A DNA stretch of 64,000 nt from NCBI GenBank assembly GCA_038065235.1, contig JBBTRK010000014.1, positions 16,629-80,628 on the forward strand. Reading direction: 5' to 3'. Under the pieces are notes generated by a model. The model had not been told where the DNA came from. It was given only the letters and a program-made list of their open reading frames with translations, and did not search any database. The first letter of the stretch is position 1. Every line of letters starts with the position of its first letter. The translations under genes and the position numbers were made by a program. The DNA comes from Patescibacteria group bacterium. Lineage in GTDB: Bacteria > Patescibacteriota > Patescibacteriia > PEXW01. Shown in pieces: positions 9,180 to 17,820 of this stretch.

Positions 9180-9992
9180 ATGAACTTCTTCACTCGCCTC
9201 TCACAACGCGCATCCAGCAACGGCACAGCAGTCGCCCACGTGCGGCTGTGGAACTTTGTCGCGAGCGTTGAACAAGCGCTACAGCCATCACTGCGGAACA
9301 CGCCATTCGCTGTCGTTGATGCAAACAATGCATCTGGACGAGTTATCGATGTAAATGAGCTGGCACGAGCATTGGGCGTACGACCTGGAACAACCGTACA
9401 CCGTCTACGGCAACGTTTCCTAAACGTGCAGATCCGCCAGTACAACCAGGAACGTATGCAAGGTTTCTCAAAAGCTTTCTTCACCCAGGCGAAGCGTTGG
9501 GGCAGAGTTGTCAAAACGGACGAAGCTGGCTATGCAATAACCATTACCATTCCAGCGGTTAATGCCCTGGAACGCGCCGCAGTATTCATGCACATGCAAG
9601 AAATGTGCTGGAAAGAGCTCGAGTGCAACATCACGGTTGGCATTGGTTCAACTATTGCATTTGCAAAGTTGGCTGCCATAGCGTGTGTCGAGCCAGGGTT
9701 TCGCTACTTCGATTGCCATGAGCATCAGGTACTCAATACGCTACCCGTGAGTATCATCCCGGGCATAGGTCGACGGACGTCTGCAGCGCTCGTGCAGCTG
9801 AACGTCCCAACGGTGTGGCACTTCTTGCAGCTCGATCCACAAACGGTCGAGCAGCTCGGCGGGCGGTCTTTGCTCCGCCTCTACCGGCAATACATTCTGG
9901 TGGCTGCATTACCATTCATCGAGCCACTATACACACCATCGGTGAGAATGCACCACCTCTTCCAAAGCACCGCTACAAGCAGCGTAGCGTAA
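9180..9992 (+). CDS. Degenerate, truncated Y-family DNA polymerase (DinB/ImuB-like)
   Basis: FVASVEQ...PSLRNTPFAV...ARALGVRPG, TVGIG...AKLA, IPGIGRRT; the catalytic DMD motif reads RLW; no little-finger domain visible. Confidence 0.8.
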   Translation: MNFFTRLSQRASSNGTAVAHVRLWNFVASVEQALQPSLRNTPFAVVDANNASGRVIDVNELARALGVRPGTTVHRLRQRFLNVQIRQYNQERMQGFSKAFFTQAKRWGRVVKTDEAGYAITITIPAVNALERAAVFMHMQEMCWKELECNITVGIGSTIAFAKLAAIACVEPGFRYFDCHEHQVLNTLPVSIIPGIGRRTSAALVQLNVPTVWHFLQLDPQTVEQLGGRSLLRLYRQYILVAALPFIEPLYTPSVRMHHLFQSTATSSVA

Positions 9993-10020
9993 GAAAGACA
10001 CAGACTGAATCTTGAGAGTG

Positions 10021-10890
10021 CTAGGAGCTAACTTTCCGGACTTTCACAATGCCTCTGGCAATGAGTATTGCCCGGGCTTGTGCGAGCACTGAGCGCAGAT
10101 CCTTATGTAAGGTTTTCGGCGGTTTTGGTGATGCCACTGGAACCCATAGAAGTTTGAGGTTTGCCACCTCGCCTGTCATAACCCTAGGAAGCGTTCGAGA
10201 GCTCGTCCGTAAAAAAAGGAAGTGATGTAGATGATGGGGTATTTTTTTCGCTAATTTCCCGTGGTCGTCCGAAAGGTACTGCACACCAGGTAAACGAGCG
10301 ACGTACTCGAAATCAGCAACCCCAGTTTCCTCAGTTATCTCCCGCTTCGCAGCAACAAGCAGTGTCTCCCCGATTTCACGATGGCCTTTGGGTGTTCCGA
10401 TACGAAGGTTGTCTTTGCGTTGAACAAAAAGCAATGCGCGCTTCGCTGGGTCGTACACAACGCCACCGGCATTCTCGTGAAACTTCAAACCCCGTGAGGG
10501 TTTAGAAATATTTGGCTCGGCATCGTAACGCGGGGTCAAATATTTCTGTGGCGTTTCCCGAAGTGCACGTTCACCATCCTGAATGACAACCGCCAGGTCA
10601 ACTTGCTGATCTTGCCTTTGCACCATGACGATAGGACATTGTGCAGCGAACGCCAATGTGTTCGCGGTGGTGAGCAGTGAACGCGTTGCCGAGAATGAAA
10701 GCCTATCTTTAGCAACGACAACACCAGTCAAGTAGGGTGCTTGCCTTGGGCTAAGTACATGAGCAATCTGATTGAGGAGTTGACCGCGACCAGTCTGGGG
10801 AAAGTGTTTTGAGTGTCGGTGTGCACCACGTAGCCATGCAATTGTGGTGCCTTCAAACCCTACGACAATGACGAGCAGAGATTTCTTCAC
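10021..10890 (-). CDS. TsaB-like domain fused to a Nudix hydrolase
   Basis: N-terminal GVVV...SFSATR...TANTLAFAAQCPI and PRYDAEPNIS (short TsaB-like); C-terminal AGGVV...PKGHREIGETLLVAAKREITEETG Nudix box. Confidence 0.75.
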   Translation of the reverse strand: MKKSLLVIVVGFEGTTIAWLRGAHRHSKHFPQTGRGQLLNQIAHVLSPRQAPYLTGVVVAKDRLSFSATRSLLTTANTLAFAAQCPIVMVQRQDQQVDLAVVIQDGERALRETPQKYLTPRYDAEPNISKPSRGLKFHENAGGVVYDPAKRALLFVQRKDNLRIGTPKGHREIGETLLVAAKREITEETGVADFEYVARLPGVQYLSDDHGKLAKKIPHHLHHFLFLRTSSRTLPRVMTGEVANLKLLWVPVASPKPPKTLHKDLRSVLAQARAILIARGIVKVRKVSS

Positions 10891-11447
10891 GAGTGGAGTT
10901 TATCAACGAGCACAATTTTTCGATTCTCGAGGATGTCGTAGAGAAAACGATCGGTAATGTCATTGCGGTACTGGTACTCCTTCTTGGTAAGTACCGTGTA
11001 CCGCACGTCATGGTCCATGTCGTGCTGAAACCGCCGCACTAGCCTACGGAGTTTTACACGGTTAACCGTGCCAACGATGAAGATATCAGTTTTCGCTTCG
11101 GGAACATTCGTGAAGTAACCCGTTAGCGCAGCGTACGCAATACGCCCAATTGCCAAAATCTTCTTGCCAAAGTCATACTCGGTTAGAAGTTGGGCTTTCA
11201 GAAAGAGCGCTCGGAGCTCAGGGAAAATCGCCGCCTCTTTCACAAAATGGTACGTCTTCCCATTCTCACTGGCGGCCTCTACCACGAGTTGGATAGCTAT
11301 CAAACGTTGAAGCTCTGCGCGTATGGCAGCATCGGTTACATGCAGCTTTCGACGGAGCTCCACTACGCTGTATTGATGCTCTGGGTTGAAAACCAGAACA
11401 CGCAAAACTAGGTAGCGGGTAGTCGTGCCAAAAAGGTGTTGGAGCAT
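10887..11447 (-). CDS. wHTH plus degenerate nucleotidyltransferase-like protein
   Basis: LFGTTTRYLVL...IRAELQRL wHTH; LTGYF...TDIFIVG MNT-like C-terminal half. Confidence 0.65.
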   Translation of the reverse strand: MLQHLFGTTTRYLVLRVLVFNPEHQYSVVELRRKLHVTDAAIRAELQRLIAIQLVVEAASENGKTYHFVKEAAIFPELRALFLKAQLLTEYDFGKKILAIGRIAYAALTGYFTNVPEAKTDIFIVGTVNRVKLRRLVRRFQHDMDHDVRYTVLTKKEYQYRNDITDRFLYDILENRKIVLVDKLHS

Positions 11448-11515
11448 ATAGAGTCGGCTCGCCGGAGAGGTGTAGCTGTAGTATACTTTGGGTACTTTTT
11501 TGGAACAAGGAAACC

Positions 11516-13771
11516 ATGGGAAGCATCGAAAAACTGCTGATTTACGACGCTACACGAAGCCGGTCAACGACCCACGTCTTTATCGCGCACCCAAGCCCGG
11601 CAGAAGACCGCGCCCTGGGACAACTTGGATTTGTCGCCGAGCTCACCAAAAATGAACGTATTTACCAGGAACTCTTAAGCCGTTTACAGGACTTCCTAAA
11701 GGCTGCGTACTACACCTCGCCAGAGGTGCACGCGGACGTCGCTTTTGAACACACCATTCAAGCTTGCAACCGCTACATCGGTGAGCTCGTTGGTGACTTC
11801 GGCGCCTCATGGGTCGATGAGCTCTCGATGGTGCTCTTCACAGTCCGGAACCAGGAAGTGCACTTCGCTGATGTCGGCCGCCTCGTCGGTTTCCTCGTCC
11901 ACGAGAAGCAAGTTATTGATCTCCTGGGTAACCAACGCGCAACGAGCCGCCGAGTGAATCCCATGAAACTTTTTGCCTCAATTGCATCCGGAACACTTAA
12001 GAATTCTGACGCAATATTCTTCGGCACGTCAAATCTCCTCGACTACTTCTCGGTAGAAAAACTCCGACGCACCATTGTAGAATCTCCTATGGGTGGCGCT
12101 GCGCGCGAGCTGGAAATGACTCTCCGTGTTGATCCAACGCATGCGGCTTTTGCAGCGGTCATCCTGCAACGCCACGAAGTGCCAGTGACCATAGAAAAAT
12201 TGGAACCAATACGCAATGCAAACATTGTTGGCGCCCCACAACGTTCAATGGACGCTATGATTGCTCAATCTGCGCAAACACAGGCATTCCTCACGCCATC
12301 CCTATGGCCAGCGGTGCGTCGCGGGCTGAAACAAGCAGGGCAAAATGCCCGTGTACTATTCCGTGCATGGGTGCTCCGAAAACCAACCCGCTTCTCACCT
12401 GTGCTCGAAACCGTTCCGACCGAACGTGAAGAGACAGTGCGTCAGCGTCCACTCCCCCCAGTTGCCCAGCAAACACGGTTTGGAGCAAAAGCCAACCGCC
12501 GGGCGCTCTTGAAAAAAATACCTAGTGTCATATGGGAACGAAGTAGGCAAGCATTAAAGGCCACCCCCAAAATTCTCTCGGCCTTGCAACGCTTCGGCAG
12601 CATCGTCCGGCGAGCGCCAAAACAAATTCCTGTTTCTATTGAGCAACGTGTTTCTGATGTGCAGCAACTTCCTCGACGCTCTCGTCTACTCTTCTACGGT
12701 ACAGTGGCAGTCGCCGCAATCTTCGCCCTCACGCTCATCGGCATTGGTCTGCAACGCAATCGAAGTGCAGCAGCAACAGCGCAAAAAGCGAACATCACTG
12801 CAATAAGCCAGGCAATTGACCAGGCAAAATCTAGCATCATCTACGGCGATGAAGACCGAGCTCGGACACTCCTCCGAGATGCACAAACAAAGCTAGATGC
12901 ACTCTCGAAGAAAACTTTGAAAGATGCAGAACGCGCCATATCCCAAAATGCAATTCGTGATGTACTCGCCGAAACCCGCCACGCAATTACAACCGCACCC
13001 ACCGAGTTTGCAACCTTACCGTCAGAAAGCCAACCAATTGGCCTTACTCTGCTGGGTCAAAATTTGTACTCAACGGACGCAAAAAATAACCAACTCCTAG
13101 CCATTCCAAGTGCAGATGGAAAAGTGCAACGCAATGTCATACTACCGGGTGACGCTGGAATCCAAGAGCTGACACCGTATGGGAGCGGTTCGCTCATTGC
13201 GCTCATGGCAAACCAAGATGTTATCGAGCAGCGCCCGGGTACAAAAACTGGTACCCGCTCCGCACTCACCGTGCCAACTGCAAATACGAATTTGGTAGGC
13301 CTCGTGAGTTATAATGCTGCGCTCTATACTGTCGACGTGGCGAATAGTACAATTCTCCGAGCGACGAAGAAAGGCTCGGGCTTCACCGCAATCAAATGGC
13401 TTAAGCAAAGTGAAAGTCTTGCAACAACAAGTGATATTGCTGTTGATGGTTCAATCTACACTGTCGCGTCGAACGGGGAAGTACAGAAGTTTACCCAAGG
13501 TCGTCGAGTGACACTGGTGCTCTCTGAAATTGAGCCAAAGCTTACGACTGCAACGAAACTCGCTGGTGACGTTACACTACAGAACCTCTACATCCTCGAC
13601 CCTATAGGCAAACGCGTTGTCGCGTTCACCAAGAATGGAAAGTTCATAAACCAGTATGTACACGACACGCTCGGTAATGCAACGGCAATGACTGTCGACG
13701 AGCGGAACCAAAAAATCTACGTCTTGATCGGTCAAACGATACAAGCCCTCACCTTGCAGAAAGCGAAGTAA
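11516..13771 (+). CDS. Large bitopic membrane protein: PP2C-like N-terminal fold, TM helix, NHL/beta-propeller C-terminus
   Basis: SIASGTLKNSDAIFFGT N-terminal segment; TM at about aa 392-411; DIAVDGSIY, NLYILD...FTKNGKFINQY propeller blades. Confidence 0.65.
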   Translation: MGSIEKLLIYDATRSRSTTHVFIAHPSPAEDRALGQLGFVAELTKNERIYQELLSRLQDFLKAAYYTSPEVHADVAFEHTIQACNRYIGELVGDFGASWVDELSMVLFTVRNQEVHFADVGRLVGFLVHEKQVIDLLGNQRATSRRVNPMKLFASIASGTLKNSDAIFFGTSNLLDYFSVEKLRRTIVESPMGGAARELEMTLRVDPTHAAFAAVILQRHEVPVTIEKLEPIRNANIVGAPQRSMDAMIAQSAQTQAFLTPSLWPAVRRGLKQAGQNARVLFRAWVLRKPTRFSPVLETVPTEREETVRQRPLPPVAQQTRFGAKANRRALLKKIPSVIWERSRQALKATPKILSALQRFGSIVRRAPKQIPVSIEQRVSDVQQLPRRSRLLFYGTVAVAAIFALTLIGIGLQRNRSAAATAQKANITAISQAIDQAKSSIIYGDEDRARTLLRDAQTKLDALSKKTLKDAERAISQNAIRDVLAETRHAITTAPTEFATLPSESQPIGLTLLGQNLYSTDAKNNQLLAIPSADGKVQRNVILPGDAGIQELTPYGSGSLIALMANQDVIEQRPGTKTGTRSALTVPTANTNLVGLVSYNAALYTVDVANSTILRATKKGSGFTAIKWLKQSESLATTSDIAVDGSIYTVASNGEVQKFTQGRRVTLVLSEIEPKLTTATKLAGDVTLQNLYILDPIGKRVVAFTKNGKFINQYVHDTLGNATAMTVDERNQKIYVLIGQTIQALTLQKAK

Positions 13772-13851
13772 TACAACAGGTTCTACACCATTTGGGCGCT
13801 GGCTTGATGTCTCTTCGATTGTTCGTTACACTCCTATCGCATTGATACTCT

Positions 13852-13925
13852 TCCGGGATCGTCTAACGGTAGGACATGGGCCTTTGAAGCCCAGTATCTT
13901 GGTTCGATTCCAAGTCCCGGAACCA
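13852..13925 (+). tRNA. tRNA-Gln(TTG)
   Basis: Cloverleaf; anticodon arm TGGGC-CTTTGAA-GCCCA; GGTTCGATTCC; encoded CCA; U1-A72 pair. Confidence 0.95.
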
Positions 13926-13966
13926 AAAGGTCGGAATCCGATACTTCGGGTCTCGGCCTTTTTTTG
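13926..13966. terminator. Bidirectional terminator between tRNA-Gln and ftsX
   Basis: A-run, GGTCGGAATCCGA/TCGGGTCTCGGCC stem, T-run. Confidence 0.7.
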
Positions 13967-13976
13967 TGGGAAAATA

Positions 13977-14903
13977 CTACACCTTCAAATACCGACGCGT
14001 TGCAAACAGCGCGCTCAGCGAGCTCAACACAAGCGCACCGACAAATTGGAAACCAATAATTGACCAGAAATTTTCTTGGAGTAGACCAACAACATTGACG
14101 TCTGTCCCTTTGAAGAAGAACGTATGCAACGATGGCGCTGAGCCTTGCCACAGTAGAAAGATTGCGAGAATAGCAATTCCCGCACCGACCGTGCTATAGA
14201 TGAGGCTCTCCAGAATGAACGGCGCACGGATGAAGCCATTCGATGCACCGACAAGGCGCATGATGCCGATTTCTTCGCGATGGGTGTAGATAGCAATACG
14301 TATTGTATTTATAACGACGATGAGTGAGAGAATAGCGAAAACCGCACTCACGCCTACACCCGCATCGCGAACACGATTGGTAATGGTCGTCAACCGCGCA
14401 ATGACGAGCTGACTGTCTTTGAAATCACGTTTACTATCAGCCACGAACTTGGAGTTTTCACTCTGGTCAACGAATTGCAGTATGGCTTCGTAGGCCGTTA
14501 CTTGCTTCGCCACAATGGTAATGCTAGCCGGAAGTGGATTCTCGGTAAGTTGAGCGAGAAGTTCTTGAATGTTAGGTTCAGCGCTATGAGTTTGCTTGAA
14601 TGCTGCGAATGCCTCATCTTTGCTTTGGTACACTGCGCTCTTCACCTTTGGCTGCTCACGTAAGCGCTGCAGAAAATCCTGGGCTTGGTCTTCGGTGATA
14701 TCTGGTTTCAGCTCAAGCGTCACATCCACCCGTTGTTCAACGGTTTGGAGTGCTCGCTGTCCCACGACATTCAACGCGGCAACGAGGCAAATGGAGAAAA
14801 CCGCAACAGCAACAATGATTGTCGTGACGAGCGAAAGCCACAGGTTGCGTCGAGCATTCTGGCTGGCGAAGCGAAGCGCACGACTAGCTTGGAGGAGCAT
14901 CAT
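13977..14903 (-). CDS. ftsX: Cell division permease FtsX
   Basis: RNLWLS, NPLPAS, NTIRIAIYTHREEIGIMRLVGASNGFIRAPFILE. Confidence 0.95.
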   Translation of the reverse strand: MMLLQASRALRFASQNARRNLWLSLVTTIIVAVAVFSICLVAALNVVGQRALQTVEQRVDVTLELKPDITEDQAQDFLQRLREQPKVKSAVYQSKDEAFAAFKQTHSAEPNIQELLAQLTENPLPASITIVAKQVTAYEAILQFVDQSENSKFVADSKRDFKDSQLVIARLTTITNRVRDAGVGVSAVFAILSLIVVINTIRIAIYTHREEIGIMRLVGASNGFIRAPFILESLIYSTVGAGIAILAIFLLWQGSAPSLHTFFFKGTDVNVVGLLQENFWSIIGFQFVGALVLSSLSALFATRRYLKV

Positions 14904-15580
14904 AGACGGTACTTCCCAGTTGCTTGGTCAGCGACGAGGTGGCCGTGATCAAGCGTGAGCACGCGCTTGCGCAAACCATTGACGATTTCCCGATTGTGCG
15001 TAACGAGAACGACAGTGGTGCCAAACGCATTTATCTTCAAGAGCAGTTCGATAATCTCATTTGCATTAATAGCATCGAGGTTACCAGTTGGCTCATCGGC
15101 AAGAAGAATTTTTGGTCGGTGCACGAGCGCTCGGGCAATAACCACGCGCTGCTGCTCACCGCCAGATACTTCACGGGGGAAACGATGCTGTTTGTGTTCC
15201 AGCCCCACGATCTTGAAGACTTGAGGAACAATCTGCATGATCTTCGCGTGCGTGACACCGGCTACCTCCAGCGCGAAGGCAACGTTCTCAAAGAGTGTCT
15301 TCTGGGGCAAGAGCTTGAAATCCTGAAATACGACACCAATTTGACGCCGGAGCAGCGGAACATCTTTCAAACTAATGTGCGAAATGTCCCAATCACCAAT
15401 AATCACTCGACCTTCACTTGGGTGCTCTTCAGCGATAATCATTTTCGCGAATGTGGTCTTACCCGTTCCAGACTGCCCTACAATAGAAACAAACTCACCT
15501 GAACCTATCGTCACGCTCACATCTTTCAAGGCAGCGACGCCGTGCGGATAGAGTTTTGAAACTTTTTCAAAAGTTATCAT
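14900..15580 (-). CDS. ftsE: Cell division ABC ATPase FtsE
   Basis: GQSGTGKT, LRRQIGVVFQDFKLL, SGGEQQR, ADEPTGNLD. Confidence 0.96.
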   Translation of the reverse strand: MITFEKVSKLYPHGVAALKDVSVTIGSGEFVSIVGQSGTGKTTFAKMIIAEEHPSEGRVIIGDWDISHISLKDVPLLRRQIGVVFQDFKLLPQKTLFENVAFALEVAGVTHAKIMQIVPQVFKIVGLEHKQHRFPREVSGGEQQRVVIARALVHRPKILLADEPTGNLDAINANEIIELLLKINAFGTTVVLVTHNREIVNGLRKRVLTLDHGHLVADQATGKYRL

Positions 15581-17553
15581 TGGAGGTTTGCAAAGCCAAT
15601 ACTGAGTGTACTCTCGGTGTCTGCATACTGCTTCACAGCCGAAGCAGCGCCCAGTATGACACTGACAATCGTTCGGCCAGTCGTTTTCCCCTTCACTTGG
15701 GTAATTAAACAGTTCCCAGATTCCTCAATATACCCCGTTTTAATACCCGTGACTTGCCAACCAGTATCCAGCATTTTGTTTCGATTCTTCACGGTGTGCA
15801 CTTTCTTCGTGTTGCGGGTACTGAACGTGTAACTCTCTTTCACCGTGGCTCTGGAAATCTCTGGATTCTTGAATGCAATTGCCGCGAGCTTGGCCATATC
15901 ACGTGCCGACCCTTGATTCGCTGGGTCGAGCCCAGTGGGATCAGCAAAGGTCAGTGTGGCAAGCCCGAGTGTTTTGGCTTTCTCGTTCATAAGCTTTACG
16001 AAAGCTTCCTCGCTGAGGTTTGTGGAACGCACAAGAGCGCGGGTAGCATTGTTCGCTGACCCAATGAGCATTGCATGCCAAAGATCATTCGCGGTCATGG
16101 TCTCGCCAGGATTCACGTACAAGCACGAGCAGAACAGTGCTTTATCCGTCTTCTGGTACGTTACGATATTCTTAAAAGTTGGTTTTCTATCCAAGTAAAC
16201 CAGCGCCGTCATGAGCTTTGAAAGGCTCGCAATAGGATGAGCCTCATCTGCATTCTTCGCAGCGACTATCGTCCCCTGCTCAACGTCGTAGGCCACGCCA
16301 GCGGTACTACTCACTGGTAAAGTGACGGGTGTTGGAGATGTGGGATCAACGGCCACTGGGGATATAACTGGATTACTCACTGTATCCCCTAACACTTTAG
16401 GATCAACTGCGGCAACCCGAACCCGAGCGAGCCCACCATTTGAACCTTTAATCTTCTTAAACGCCGTGTAGACTAAGTCAACAACCCGACCCCGTACATA
16501 AGGCCCACGAGATACCACTTTCACAATCGTCGATTTGCCATTCTCTAAATTCGTAACTTTCAGCTTGGTTCCCATGGGGTACCGATTGTGTGCTACGCCA
16601 TCTGGATGCTTCTTACTCTTATACCAGCTGGCAATGCCAACTTCTTCACCGACATCATACACTACGACAGCGTACCCCATGACGTAAGCGGTATTACTCC
16701 TCGTCACTTCCCAAACTTTTACACTGGGGTTATAGAAGAGTACGCGCTGCGGATAGAAACCATTTCCTGATACTTTTGGGGTAATGACGACGCCTTGTGT
16801 GAAACGTTGAAGAATACCATCAGCCCCGCGCAGGCCCACCTGGAGTGCATTTGCCCGTTGTTTGTACCTAGCGGGAAGCGGTGCAGGCAGCGTAGCATCT
16901 GGCGTAAGGACAAAGGTTGCAGCTTGAGAGTAGGCTTGGGCTCGAAGGGTAAGGGTATAAATTGGTAAAACGAAATTCTGACCCGTACTACCAACCGGTA
17001 CATCTACTACGGTACTCGTCGTCGTTACGGCTAAGCCATCATTGTACGCCCCCGGCTTGGTTGCGAGGTCAGCCGCTGGCACAATGACAGTGTGGAGACG
17101 TAACGTGGAGCCGGTGAGTATATTCGCTGTATCAATCTTGCCACCAATAATGCTCCAGGTCATTGTCGTCTCATTGTAACCCAAGAGGACTGTCGCAGAA
17201 TCAGGCTGCGGCGTCGCCGGCACCTTCAGCCAGAGGGATTTCGCTGCCAGAGGCGTATCGGTTGCTGTATCTACATCAAACTTGTACGCTGTTCCCGCTT
17301 GGCTGTACCGAGTAGGGAGCGGCGAGGGCAGAACAACTCCAGGCGCTAGGGTAACTCTTGCTGGGACGCTCACTGCAGCGGCGCGAATGTTCACAAGGAA
17401 ACCATCGCCAATCCGAATCTCCCCTCCGGCATGGTCGGCAGTAAGATCAACGACAGTCGGTTCTACAGCCACCGTTGCCCGGACCCAGCCGAAGCAGGCC
17501 AGGACAATAAGGAGACTAATGAGACGATACGTTCTTGTCATGGGGTGGGTCAT
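15577..17553 (-). CDS. Secreted RlpA-like DPBB plus D-Ala-D-Ala carboxypeptidase (S11) fusion
   Basis: Signal peptide; GIASWY...AH...VTNLENGKS...RGPY...VDL (RlpA); ASLSK, SAN, KTG (S11). Confidence 0.85.
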   Translation of the reverse strand: MTHPMTRTYRLISLLIVLACFGWVRATVAVEPTVVDLTADHAGGEIRIGDGFLVNIRAAAVSVPARVTLAPGVVLPSPLPTRYSQAGTAYKFDVDTATDTPLAAKSLWLKVPATPQPDSATVLLGYNETTMTWSIIGGKIDTANILTGSTLRLHTVIVPAADLATKPGAYNDGLAVTTTSTVVDVPVGSTGQNFVLPIYTLTLRAQAYSQAATFVLTPDATLPAPLPARYKQRANALQVGLRGADGILQRFTQGVVITPKVSGNGFYPQRVLFYNPSVKVWEVTRSNTAYVMGYAVVVYDVGEEVGIASWYKSKKHPDGVAHNRYPMGTKLKVTNLENGKSTIVKVVSRGPYVRGRVVDLVYTAFKKIKGSNGGLARVRVAAVDPKVLGDTVSNPVISPVAVDPTSPTPVTLPVSSTAGVAYDVEQGTIVAAKNADEAHPIASLSKLMTALVYLDRKPTFKNIVTYQKTDKALFCSCLYVNPGETMTANDLWHAMLIGSANNATRALVRSTNLSEEAFVKLMNEKAKTLGLATLTFADPTGLDPANQGSARDMAKLAAIAFKNPEISRATVKESYTFSTRNTKKVHTVKNRNKMLDTGWQVTGIKTGYIEESGNCLITQVKGKTTGRTIVSVILGAASAVKQYADTESTLSIGFANLQ

Positions 17554-17587
17554 TAGGTACACTCTATGACGATTAGATAAATTTCAG

Positions 17588-17661
17588 GCGGGTATAGTAC
17601 AGTGGTAGTATGCATCCTTCCCAAGGATGAGATACGGGTTCGATTCCCGTTACCCGCTCCA
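17588..17661 (+). tRNA. tRNA-Gly(CCC)
   Basis: GCGGGTA acceptor stem, CATCC-TTCCCAA-GGATG, CCA end. Confidence 0.95.
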
Positions 17662-17698
17662 TGAACCACTCACTATCGTTCGGGTTCATGGCAGGCCA
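17659..17698 (+). repeat. 40-bp tRNA-3'-end-associated palindromic repeat, copy 1
   Basis: CCATGAACCACTCACTATCGTTCGGGTTCATGGCAGGCCA; 38/40 identical to the reverse complement of 20573-20612. Confidence 0.85.
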
Positions 17699-17704
17699 AC
17701 TTGT

Positions 17705-17780
17705 GCCGATGTAGCTCAGCTGGTAGAGCAATGCTTTCGTAAAGCATGGGTCGGAGGTTCGAATCCTCTCATCGGCTCCA
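17705..17780 (+). tRNA. tRNA-Thr(CGT)
   Basis: GCCGATG acceptor stem, ATGCT-TTCGTAA-AGCAT, CCA end. Confidence 0.95.
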
Positions 17781-17820
17781 GGAATTTTCATTAAACGTAC
17801 TCAGCTGGGGGTAGTACGCC

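Noticed and set aside
17573-17791. 72-aa ORF here, and ORFs at 13834-14151 and 20598-20828
   Set aside because: They are antisense or overlapping translations of tRNA genes
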